Shown here: piece after piece, positions 20,741 through 31,170 of the stretch
Layout: every line of letters starts with the position of its first letter
Position numbering within the stretch: position 1 is the stretch's first letter
NCBI RefSeq assembly: GCF_004010195.1
Contig: NC_057746.1
Location: 6,844,117 to 6,876,678, forward strand
Origin: Chiloscyllium plagiosum
Taxonomy: Eukaryota
Direction of reading: 5' to 3'
DNA length: 32,562 nucleotides
Notes under the pieces: generated by a model
Databases searched by the model: none
What the model saw: only the letters and a program-made list of their open reading frames with translations
What the model was told of the DNA's origin: nothing
Translations under genes and position numbers: made by a program

Positions 20741-21790
20741 AACAAAACATCAGTGATTCACTGCTCATAAACACACAGTGTACTGATAGTTTTTATGAAT
20801 TGATAGGTTTGTAGGTGTTGCTGGCTGAATCGGTATTTATTACCCATCCTAGTTGTCCTGGAGAAAGTGATGAGCTCTCATCTTTAACTGCTGTAGTCAT
20901 TAGGGACTGCACACACACACACACACACTATATAAATATACTACACAAACCGAAATGTAAAATAGGAGAGTAAAATACATTTTCACATCTGCAGAACTCC
21001 ATCGGCATTGTCATTTCTGCATGATGTAAATTGTAATTTTGCTTCTGCAATATTGAGGAGGCCGAATGAGCAGGATGCCTGAATTGTGGTTCAGTCAGGT
21101 CACCAGGCAAGGTAAAAGCTGGAGGGGAGGGAATGTGGAGATTGAGAGGAGAGGGCTGTAATGGGGTAGAGAGCGAGAGAGAGAGAGAGAACGGTGAAGC
21201 TAGAAAACAGAGAGGGGGGGAATGAGCCATTCCTTGCATGAGGGGAGAGAGAGAGAAAGAGATTTGCTAAGACCACATCTGGACTGTGAGAGGGAGAGAG
21301 AGAGAGAGGAAACAGGAAGGGAAACTCCAAAGAATGGAAATAAGGATAGAGAGACTGACTTTGGAGGAAGAAAGTGCTCATAGAGAAGAGCTGGAGAAAA
21401 AGGAACCGGATTTAAATTTACATGGACAGAGTGAGTGTGAGGATACAGAAAGAAGAGAGTGACACTTCAAGCTGACGGGAGGGGATTGAATTACAGCAGG
21501 AGAGGGGGCACTGGGGTCCAGGTCCCCACTGTCTTCTCAAACTAAAGGTGACTGCCCACCGTCACTGTACAGGGCCTTCTGCACCAACACCCCGCCCCTC
21601 ACTTGCTGCTGTTACTGTAGAGCAGTCCACTCCATATTCAACACGGGGTGGCAGAAACTCTGAGAGCACATTGACCCCAAACCTGCCCTGTCTCTCCACC
21701 TCCTCATCATCCTTGTTTCGAGCCTCCTGCAGATCCTCCTCTCTCCACAGGGGGGCGGCGGAGGCTGCCCCATTTCTCAGAGACGGGAAC

Positions 21791-21860
21791 CAAACCTGAT
21801 TTCACAGACTCTTCCCGGCAACCGATGACGTCAGGGGACGGCTCTTTATTCTGATTGGTC
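21791..21860 (+). promoter_or_regulatory. S-X1-X2-Y-like regulatory module (RFX X-box, perfect CRE, inverted CCAAT)
   Basis: caaacct (S-like, 21791) ... cttcccgGCAACcg (21811-21824), TGACGTCA (21826-21833), CTGATTGG (21851-21858). Order and approximate spacing match MHC promoters; locally CpG-rich. Confidence 0.6.
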
Positions 21861-22289
21861 TCGCTGTGTAGCAATATTAGACATTGCAATACAGTAGGTG
21901 GGGTGGGAAGGGAAGGTTTGGGGGTGACCCGGAGAATGTGCAGAGGGATACAGACAGGTTAGGAGCATGGGTAAAACTTGGCAATGGAATATAATGTGGG
22001 AAAATGTACTTTGCAGGAATAGAGGATCTGAATATTATTTCAATGGAAAAAGCTACAGACGAGGGATTTGGGAATCCTCACCCATGAATCACAGAAAGCT
22101 ATCATCCAATCTCAGTGGCTCACAGGGAGAGGTAATGGGAATGGTGGCCTTTATTTCAAAGGGAATGGTATATAAAAACAGGGAAGTTTAGCTAAAACTA
22201 TACAGCGTGCTACTCAGGCAAGAGCTGGAATACTGTGAACAGTTCTGTTCCCCTTAACCAAGGAAGGATAGACTGGTATTGGGGTCTGT

Positions 22290-22385
22290 GGGGTTTGAGA
22301 GGTCCAGGAAGGGGAGGGAGGTGTCAGAGATGGTCCAGGTAAATTTAAGGTCAGGGTGGAATGTTTTTGAGAGGTCCAGGAGGGC
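22290..22385 (-). mobile_element. Short internal Penelope RT fragment insertion
   Basis: Minus translation TFHPDLKFTWTISDTSLPFLDLS fits the PLE RT 'HP..KFT.....LPFLD' motif; bounded by a repeated cctggacctctcaaa. Confidence 0.7.
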
Positions 22386-22740
22386 TGAGTCTAAGGAAGG
22401 TTCACTCAGCCGATCCCAGGTATGTCTTTTGAGGAGACTGAGTGTAGACTCACTGGGGTTTAGCAGAGCAAGGGGCGATCATATTGAAACATCCAAAATT
22501 CTTAAGGGACTTGACAGAGTAGATTTGGAAAAGTGTCTCCCCTATGGGAGAGTCTAGGACCAGAGGGTATCATCTCAGGTAATGGATCATACATTTAAGT
22601 CAGAGATGAGGAGGAATTGCATCTGTCTGAGGGTTGTGAATCTGTGGCATTGTTTACTGTGAGAGCTGTCGAGGTTGGGTCATTAAGTATATTCAACACT
22701 GAAAGTGTCAGCTTTTTAATCAGGGAAGTGAATCAAGGGT

Positions 22741-23058
22741 TTAGATTAGATTAGATTCCCTACAGTGTGGAAACATGCCCTTCACCCTAACAAGTCCACA
22801 CCGACCCTCCAAAGAGTAACCCACCCAGACCCATTTCCCTCTGACTAATACAGCTAACACTATGGGCAATTCAACATGGCCAATTCACCTGCCCTGCATA
22901 TCTTTGGACTGTGGGAGGAAACTGGAGCACCCGGAGGAAACCCACGCAGACACTGGGAGAATGTGCAAACTCCACACAGTCGCCCAAGGCCGGAATCGAA
23001 CCTGGGAACCTGGTGCTGTGAGGCAGCAGTGTGAATCACTGAGCCACCGTGCTGCCCA
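22741..23058 (-). mobile_element. tRNA-derived shark SINE (HE1-like)
   Basis: Minus: gcagcacggtggctcagtgattcacactgctgcctcacagcaccaggttcccaggttcgattcc (A/B boxes); body matches 3815-4150; (taatc)n tail. Confidence 0.88.
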
Positions 23059-23111
23059 CAAATTGTGTGGAAAAGTCAGGAAAAGTGGGGTTGAGGTTAT
23101 ATGGCATACAG

Positions 23112-23169
23112 GAGGGCTTATGCCCGAAACGTCGATTCTCCTGCTCCTCGGATGCTGCCTGACCTGCTG
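23112..23169 (+). mobile_element. PLE pLTR remnant at the outer boundary of the duplication arm
   Basis: agggcttatgcccgaaacgtcgattctcctgctcctcggatgctgcctgacctgctg, running into an N-run. Confidence 0.7.
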
Positions 23170-23339
23170 NNNNNNNNNNNNNNNNNNNNNNNNNNNNNNN
23201 NNNNNNNNNNNNNNNNNNNNNNNNNNNNNNNNNNNNNNNNNNNNNNNNNNNNNNNNNNNNNNNNNNNNNNNNNNNNNNNNNNNNNNNNNNNNNNNNNNNN
23301 NNNNNNNNNNNNNNNNNNNNNNNNNNNNNNNNNNNNNNN

Positions 23340-23725
23340 GGGGTGACCTTATAGAGGTTTACAAAAATTATGAGGGGCATGGATAGGATAAATAGACAAA
23401 GTCTTTTCCCTGGGGTTGGGGAGTCCAGAACTAGAGGGCATAGGTTAAGGGTGAGAGGGGAAAGATATAAAAGAGACCTAAGGGGCAACATTTTCACGCA
23501 GAGAGTGCTACGTGTATGGAATGAGCTGCCAGAGGAAGTGGTGGAGGCTGATACAATTGCAACACTTAAGAGGCATTTCGTTGGGTATATGAATAGGGAG
23601 GGTTTGGCGGGATGTGGGCCGTGTGCTGGCAGGTGGGACTAGATTGGGTTGGGATATCTGGTCGGCATGGATGGGTTGGCCGAAGGGTCTGGTTCCATGC
23701 TGTGCATCTCTATGACTCTGTGACC
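23340..23725 (+). mobile_element. CR1/HER1 LINE 3' end (relatively young)
   Basis: GDLIEVYK..MRGMDRINRQSLFP..SRTRGHRLRVRGERYKRDLRGNIFTQRVLRVWNELPEEVVEADT, followed by a 3' UTR and ctctatgactct tail. Confidence 0.9.
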
Positions 23726-24015
23726 CTATTCTAAATATATCTCTCTTCAAAAAGAGAGAGAGAGAGAGAGAGCAGCATGTGGAGCTGGGGCAGGGGTGGG
23801 AAATCAACAAAGGACAGAGAGAGAGTGATTTGTTATGACCACATCTGGAGGTCTCTATGCGGTTCTGGAACCTGGAGTGTGAGAGGGGGAAAGAGAGAGA
23901 GCGAGGAAACAGGAAGGGAAACTCTAAAGAATGCGAATAAGGACAGAGACTCTGAGTTCAGCAGAGGGGAGTGTACATATGGGATGAGCTGGAGAAAAAG
24001 GAACAACAACTTACA

Positions 24016-24364
24016 TTTAGATAGCACCTTTCACACAATGAAACCTCCTAAAATACATCATGGGAGAATGATCAAACAAAGTTTGACACTGAGCTGACAA
24101 AGTAATGCCCCAGACATCTGGCTCAGAGGTGAGTGTGTGTTGGTAATTCATCGGGAGGTGATGGTCCAGTAGTGTTATCCCTGGATTATTAACCTTTAGA
24201 TAGCACCTTTCACACAATGAAACCTCCTAAAATACATCATGGGAGAATTATCAAACAAAGTTTGACACTGAGCTGACAAAGTAATGCCCTAGACATCTGG
24301 CTCAGAGGTGAGTGGGTGTTGCTAATTCATGGGGAGGTGATGGTGTTATCCCTGGATTATTAAC
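24016..24364. repeat. ~179-bp tandem duplication
   Basis: tttagatagcacctttcacacaatg...ttatccctggattattaacc at 24016-24194 is repeated at 24195-24364 with a 9-bp deletion. Confidence 0.9.
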
Positions 24365-24640
24365 CCAAAGAGACAGGGAATATGCTGAGGACCTGTGTTC
24401 AAATTCCACCATGGCAGAATTCGATATTTTATTGAAACTCTCATGATGGTTATGAACCTGGAGCTACTTGGTAGAAATACCCATCAGATTCACTGATGTT
24501 CCTTTAGGGAAGGGAACTGCCGTCCGTACCTAGTCCGGCCTACATGTGACTCCTGATCAATTTGGTTGACTCTTAACAGCCTTGAGGTGGACAATAAATG
24601 CGGGCCTAGCCAGAGACACCAATACACTGTGAATGAATGT
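24330..24640 (+). mobile_element. Old tRNA-derived shark SINE (tentatively SacSINE1-like)
   Basis: B-box-like gttcaaattccaccatggcag, and body ttcactgatgttcctttagggaagggaactgccgtccgtacctagtccggcctacatgtgactcc...gttgactcttaac. Confidence 0.55.
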
Positions 24641-24855
24641 TTTTAATAACAGGAATGAAAATAAAATGTCAGGGGGAGAATGATTTACTTTCTAAATCAG
24701 GGAGAATGTTGTATGTTGATGTTCTGAGAGATTTAAAGGGAAGATACACCGAGAGGGAGCACAGAGACAGTAGGGTGAAGTTGTGAGTTAGTATTCCGCA
24801 GAATAGGAAGACAAAGCTCCGACTACAATTGTACTGGGATTGGCTGAGATCACAT

Positions 24856-24972
24856 CTGAGGACTGCAGATGCTGGAGATCAGAGTCGTAAGTGTGGGGCT
24901 TATGTCCGAAACATCGATTCTCCTGCTCCTCAGATGCTGCCTGACCTACTGTGCTTTTCCAGCACCACATTC
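24856..24972. mobile_element. Collapsed PLE hairpin element, possible TSD ggctgagatcaca
   Basis: tgaggactgcagatgctggagatcagagtcg ... gggcttatgtccgaaacatcgattctcctgctcctc; ggctgagatcaca occurs at ~24842 and ~24976. Confidence 0.65.
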
Positions 24973-26149
24973 TCAGGCTGAGATCACAGCTGGAGGTGTC
25001 TGTGCAGTTCTGATATCTCTCTGGCAGTAAGCCTCGAATTTGCATCGCAGGGGTAACATGAGAATATTCACTCAATTACTCCCTGGAATTCAGGATTGTC
25101 CGATGATGAGAGGCAGAAGAAATTGGGNNNNNNNNNNNNNNNNNNNNNNNNNNNNNNNNNNNNNNNNNNNNNNNNNNNNNNNNNNNNNNNNNNNNNNNNN
25201 NNNNNNNNNNNNNNNNNNNNNNNNNNNNNNNNNNNNNNNNNNNNNNNNNNNNNNNNNNNNNNNNNNNNNNNNNNNNNNNNNNNNNNNNNNNNNNNNNNNN
25301 NNNNNNNNNNNNNNNNNNNNNNNNNNNNNNNNNNNNNNNNNNNNNNNNNNNNNNNNNNNNNNNNNNNNNNNNNNNNNNNNNNNNNNNNNNNNNNNNNNNN
25401 NNNNNNNNNNNNNNNNNNNNNNNNNNNNNNNNNNNNNNNNNNNNNNNNNNNNNNNNNNNNNNNNNNNNNNNNNNNNNNNNNNNNNNNNNNNNNNNNNNNN
25501 NNNNNNNNNNNNNNNNNNNNNNNNNNNNNNNNNNNNNNNNNNNNNNNNNNNNNNNNNNNNNNNNNNNNNNNNNNNNNNNNNNNNNNNNNNNNNNNNNNNN
25601 NNNNNNNNNNNNNNNNNNNNNNNNNNNNNNNNNNNNNNNNNNNNNNNNNNNNNNNNNNNNNNNNNNNNNNNNNNNNNNNNNNNNNNNNNNNNNNNNNNNN
25701 NNNNNNNNNNNNNNNNNNNNNNNNNNNNNNNNNNNNNNNNNNNNNNNNNNNNNNNNNNNNNNNNNNNNNNNNNNNNNNNNNNNNNNNNNNNNNNNNNNNN
25801 NNNNNNNNNNNNNNNNNNNNNNNNNNNNNNNNNNNNNNNNNNNNNNNNNNNNNNNNNNNNNNNNNNNNNNNNNNNNNNNNNNNNNNNNNNNNNNNNNNNN
25901 NNNNNNNNNNNNNNNNNNNNNNNNNNNNNNNNNNNNNNNNNNNNNNNNNNNNNNNNNNNNNNNNNNNNNNNNNNNNNNNNNNNNNNNNNNNNNNNNNNNN
26001 NNNNNNNNNNNNNNNNNNNNNNNNNNNNNNNNNNNNNNNNNNNNNNNNNNNNNNNNNNNNNNNNNNNNNNNNNNNNNNNNNNNNNNNNNNNNNNNNNNNN
26101 NNNNNNNNNNNNNNCAACTAGAAACTGAATGGAGTGGGTTCAGTTGTAG

Positions 26150-26920
26150 AATAGTTACAGCACAGTAGCAGGCAATTTAACCTGTCCTGTCCATACTAGT
26201 TCTTTGTAAGAATAACTCAACTAATTCTGTTTCCATTCCCTTTCTCTGTAGGCTTGTAATTTATTTCCTCTTCAGGGTGCTTATCCAGTTTCCTTTCTGA
26301 AGGCGACAATTAAAACCAGACTTGCATGAAATGTATTCCAGATCCTAACCAGTCAGTGTAAAAATGATATTCCTCTTATTGCCTTTGGTTCTTGCGCCAC
26401 TAACATTGGGTTGTGTCTTCGTGTTCTCAACCTTTTACACCGTTTTTTTAAAAACTCCGTAACGGGATCTGGGCCTTACTGGGCCAGCATTTATTTCTTG
26501 TCTTAATGGATCCCTCGTGATTTTAACACTTCTGTCAAATTTATTGATATCCTTCCCTAAGGCAAAAACTTTCCACCTTTTGCAATTATTCACATAATTA
26601 AAGCTTGTCTTCTATTGAATCATTTTTGTAAATCTTTTCTGAACTCCCTCTAAAACCTTCACATCCTGCCTAGAGTGTGTTAGCTAGAATTATACAAACT
26701 TCTCCAATTGCAACATTTCATCGTAACTTCCTTGCTTTTGTGCACTCTGCATCTATTTATAAAGCTGAGAATTCTGTATGTCTTTTTAACATCTTTCTAA
26801 ACTGTTGCCCTTCTACTTGGACCACAAGATCCATCTGTATATCAATGCTCTTAAGTGTCCATCCATTTCAGCATACTTACCTCATGCATTTGACCTCCTA
26901 AAATGCATCACCTCACGCTT
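26150..26920 (-). mobile_element. Highly decayed CR1 LINE 3' fragment
   Basis: Recognisable remnants (gtaaatcttttctgaactccctctaaaaccttcacatcc, ccaagatccatctgtatatc, cctaaaatgcatcacctcac) parallel the other minus-strand CR1 copies. Confidence 0.55.
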
Positions 26921-27044
26921 GCTCTTATCTTGTGAAAGTTTGTACTTCTACTCAAAAATAGTCAAGAAGAGAACATTTGCAAGTATCTTGCTTGGTAAGT
27001 TACTATTTCCTAATAAATATCATAGGTTTTTTTTTTGTACCTAG

Positions 27045-27165
27045 GTTGAAGAACAATTTATATGCAGGCATGTAGGTGAGCGGAAAGTAAAAGTACAAGA
27101 TGAAGACATGGAGACGGTAACTAGCAGCACATCAGAACTATTTTCTGAGGATACTATACCTTTAG
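27045..27165 (+). CDS. Candidate 121-nt coding exon, unknown gene ([40 protein letters not shown])
   Basis: Strong acceptor ttttttttttgtacctAG|G, donor TAG|GTAATG, 40 open codons with protein-like composition, in a non-TE island between two LINEs. Confidence 0.5.
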
Positions 27166-27289
27166 GTAATGAAGAAAATTGATACATAAAATTATATGTC
27201 ACAACATTTATGAGAAGCTTTCAGAATTTATTTGTTCAATTGAGCCTTTATAAAATTGTATCCGTAAGAAATTCATCTCCAGGAAGAAG

Positions 27290-28950
27290 AAACATATCAA
27301 GGGGAGGGCGAAGTAACGATGGCTGACAAGGGAAGCCTGGAACAGAGAGAAAACATACAAAATGATGAAGATTATTGGGAAGGCTTTTAAAGAGAACAGC
27401 AAAAGATAACTAAAAAAAGCAATGCGGGGGGAGAATATGAACTATGAGAGTAAGCTAGCTAGCAATTTAAAAGAAGATGGCAAAAGCTTTTTTAGATCTC
27501 GAAAAGGAAGAGAACTGCTGGAAAATGAGGGCGGAGAAGTAATAATGGGAACAAAAGAATGGTGGAGGAACTGAATAGGTATTTTGTATCAATTTCCGCA
27601 GTGGAAGACACCAGTGGCATATGAGAACTTCAGGAGAGTCAGGTGGCAAAGGTAGGAGCCGTCGTTAAGGAGAAGATGCTGGGGAAGCTGAAAGATCTGA
27701 AGGGGGATAAATTACCCAGACCAGATGGACTACACCCCAGAGTTCTGAAGTAGATAGTTGAAGAGATATTGGCGGTAATCTTTCAGGAATCACTGGAGTC
27801 AGGGAGGGTCCCAGAGGACTGGAATATGGTTAATGTAACACCACTCTTTAAGATGGGAGGGAGGCAGAAGACAGAAAATTATAGGCCGGTTGGTCGGACT
27901 TTGGTCATTGGTCAGATCATAGAGTGTATTATTAAGGATGAGATTGTGGAGTATTTGGAAGTGCTTGAGTCAGCATGGGGAGGTCATGTCTGACAAATCT
28001 GTTAGAAGTCATTGAGGAGATAACAAGGAAGTTAGAACAAGGAGAGCTAGTGGACATGATCTGTTTGGAGTTCTGAAGGCCTTTGACTACAACGATTCAT
28101 GTTGTATATTCTTTCTAATGAAGGAACTGAGGGCATTGTTGCGAACATTGATGGCAGGACATGAGGAGGCTGTAGGAGGACTCAGACAAGCCGCAGGAAT
28201 GGTAAAGAAGTTGAATAGAGGTGAATATAATGTGGCAAAGTGTGAGGTTGTGCCCTTTGGTAGGAAGAGTAGACCATTTTCTAAAACAGGAAAAGGCTTC
28301 AAGATTCTGAAATACAAAGTGACTCGGGTGTCCTCATTCAGGATTGTCTCAAGATTGACAGGCAGGTTCAGTAGGCAGTTAGGAAATCAAATACAATGTT
28401 AGCTTTCATTTCAAGCGAGTTAGAATACCAGAGATGTACAGCTGAGGCTGTATTAGACCATGGTTAGACTGCATGTGAAATATGGTGAGCGGTTTTGGGC
28501 CACTACTGGTTGGGCTACTGGTCTTGCAGGCAGTCCAGTGGAAATTCACAAGAATGATTCTGGGGATGAAGGGCTTGTCATATGAAGAGTGGTTGAGGAC
28601 TCTGCGTCTGTACTTGATAGCGTTTAGAGGGTAGGATACTGAAAAACGTGGATACAGTGGATATGGAGAAAATGTTTCCACTAGGACCCAAGGGCACAGC
28701 CTCCGAGTGAAGGGGTAGCCCTTCAGAACTGAGATGAGGAGTGTGGGGCGTCAGTGGCACCCATTGCCCCAGAGGCCACCTCATTGAGTGTATCAAAGAC
28801 AGAAATGGATACACTAAGGGAACCATGGGTTACAAGGGGAAAGCAGGTGAATGGGGTTGAGAAATCTCTCAGCCTTGATCAAATAGTGAGGCAAACTCTC
28901 AATGGGCTGAATGTCCTGATTCTGCTCCTGTATCCTGCAGTCTATAAGAG
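27290..28950 (+). mobile_element. CR1 LINE ORF2 relic (RT region, internally deleted)
   Basis: DGLHPRVLK, IFQESLESGRVPEDWNMVNVTPLFKMGGRQKTENYRPV and YNVAKCEVVPFGRK are CR1 RT motifs, with stops and frameshifts. Confidence 0.9.
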
Positions 28951-28959
28951 GCCAGTTGA

Positions 28960-29124
28960 TATAGAGTCGAAAAGGATAGTGCTAGAAAAGCACAGTAGCC
29001 CTTCATCAGGAAGGGCTTATGCCCAAAACGTCGACTGTCCTGCTCCTCGGATGCAGCCTGACCGGCTGTGCTTTTCCAGCACTGCCCTTCTTGACATTGA
29101 CTCTCCAGCATCTGCAGCCCTCAC
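28960..29124. mobile_element. PLE inverted-pLTR remnant
   Basis: gcccttcatcaggaagggcttatgcccaaaacgtcgactgtcctgctcctcggatgc...tctccagcatctgcagccctcac. Confidence 0.75.
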
Positions 29125-29245
29125 CAGTTGAGCCAGGCTGGGTTTGACCGTCGAAGCCATGGGGTGATATATTGAAGGGGATGGGCTGTTTCCCTGTCAG
29201 GGTCTGTCCAGAAGAACGCTGCAGGGCTTTGCCGTGTGAGCCAGG
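29125..29245 (-). CDS. Candidate 121-nt exon, unknown gene
   Basis: Acceptor ttctcccttgcctcaacccttgacAG|, donor CTG|GTGAGG (coinciding with the PLE end); two frames open. Confidence 0.2.
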
Positions 29246-29341
29246 CTGTCAAGGGTTGAGGCAAGGGAGAACGTTTCACACAGAGCAAAACCGGGAATCT
29301 CAAACTCTGTCCCCACGACAGGCCGGTGGTTCTGCGAGTGT

Positions 29342-29914
29342 TGTGGAGAAAATATAGAGACGCAGAGAGTTCTTCAAGAAGTGGGTCTTTTATTTGTAAA
29401 CAAAAAACCGTGACACTGAGAAAGCAGATTCTCGAATGCCCCCGAACCTCAGGGTCCGTGGATTTTTATGTTTTTTTATCATGTTTCTGTCAGTTTATCA
29501 GCAAGTCCAACTATATTAATCAAAATACCTCACTCTAGCTACATAATAAACCGATGATGTTAGTTCCCATTATCTCTTTAGTTGTACATTCTGCTTAATG
29601 TTATTCTAATGTCACAGTTAGATATTTAGTGCTAACTCTGCTACAGTGATCTTCAATTCCAGACTAACCTGTCATGGTAGATATTTAGCTATTCCATCTA
29701 TTACAATAGTCTCCAGCTGACTCTACTAACTATTAATTAGATATTTTAATGTCATGTCCCAAATATATATGGTCCCAATCTTGTCACGATGATACTTAAC
29801 TTACTTTATTACTTGTGTTATCTCATCTGGCCATAGTGCCCTTTCAGCCTTAACCTTACTCTGCTAATTGGTGTAAGAGCATTACACTAATCTTATCCCA
29901 TCCTGCCTTCCACA
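29342..29914 (-). mobile_element. Putative solo LTR
   Basis: TGTGGA...TCCACA inverted termini, ~570 bp; on the minus strand an AT-rich U3-like part, a TATA-like cataaaaa (~29463-29470), then AATAAA (~29389-29394) near the end; no TSD seen. Confidence 0.45.
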
Positions 29915-29999
29915 GACCATAGATTGCCAGTTGGCTTCATGCTTTCACCCTTCCCATGCTTTCATGCTCTTTATTTTCCATATTATCCACTCCTTTGTC

Positions 30000-31170
30000 T
30001 GTCCATAGAACACAGAACATTCCAGCGCAGTAGAGACCTTTCAGCCTTCGATGTTGTTCATCCAATGACCATGTAAGTGCCCCTAAAGTTGGGAGTCTAC
30101 TAATGTTACAGGTAGTGTGTTCCATGCTCTTACTACTCTCTGACATCTGTCCTATATCTATCATCCCTCAATTTAAAGCTTTGTCCCCCTCGTGCTAGCC
30201 ATTACCATCCAAGGAAAAAGGCTCTCCCTGTCCACCCTATCTAACCCTCTGATTATCTTCTCTGTCTCAATTAAGTCACCTCTCAATCTTGTTCTCTCCA
30301 ACAAAAACAGCCTCAAGTCCCTCAGTCTTTCCGCGTAAGACCTTCCCTCCATACCAGGCAACATCACAGTAAGACCCCTCTGCGCCCTTTCCAAAACTTC
30401 CACGTCCTTCCTATAATGTGGTGTGCAGAACTATACGCAATACTCTAAGTGCGGCCACACCAGAATTTTGTTCAGCTGCAACATGACCTTGTGGCTCTGA
30501 AAGTCAATCCCTCGATCAATAAATACTAACACACCATATGCCTTCTTAACAACCCTGTCAACCTGGGTGGCAACTTTCAGGGATCTATGTACATGGACAT
30601 CGCGATCTCTCTCATCATCTACACTACCAAGAATCTTACCATTAGCCCAATACTCTGTATTCCTGTTGCTCCTTCCAAAGTGAATCACCTCACACTTTTC
30701 CACATTAAACTCCATTTGCCACCTCTCAGCCCAGCTCTGCAGCTGATCTATGTCCCTCTGTAACCTGCAACAACCTCCTTATTGTCATCTGCAAATGTAC
30801 GAAACCATCCTTCTATGCCCTCATCCAGGTCATTTATAGAAATGACAAACAGCAGTGGCCCCAAACAAATCCTTGCGGTACACAACTAGTAACTGAACAC
30901 CAGGCTGAACGTTTCCCATCAACTACCACCCTCTGTCTTCTTTCAGCTCACTAACTTCTGATCCAAGCGTTAAATCACCCTGAATCCCATGCCTCCCTAT
31001 TTTGTGCAATAGCCTACAGTGGGGAACCTTATCAAACACATCACTGAAATCCATATACACTACATCAACTGCTTTACCCTCATCCATCTGTCTGGTTACC
31101 TTCTCAAAGAACTCAATAAGGTTTGTTAGGAGTGACCAACGCTTCACAAAACCGTATTGACTATCCCTAA
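30000..31170 (-). mobile_element. CR1/HER1 LINE ORF2 RT to 3' end
   Basis: LTNLIEFFEKVTRQMDEGKAVDVVYMDFSDVFDKVPH, MEFNVEKCEVIHFGRSN, LVWPHLEYCV, RLRGDLIETEKIIRGLDRV. Confidence 0.92.

Larger units (their letters stand above)
21340..23116. repeat. Right arm of inverted segmental duplication (partner 336-3372)
   Basis: Collinear reverse complement of the left arm; carries its own insertions (PLE RT fragment ~22290-22385, SINE 22741-23058) and retains ~21797-22075, which is missing on the left. Confidence 0.92.

Noticed and set aside
25040-26128. Long ORFs spanning N-runs (also at 1629, 4899, 13028, 19089 and 22862)
   Set aside because: They are open only because N codons contain no stops.
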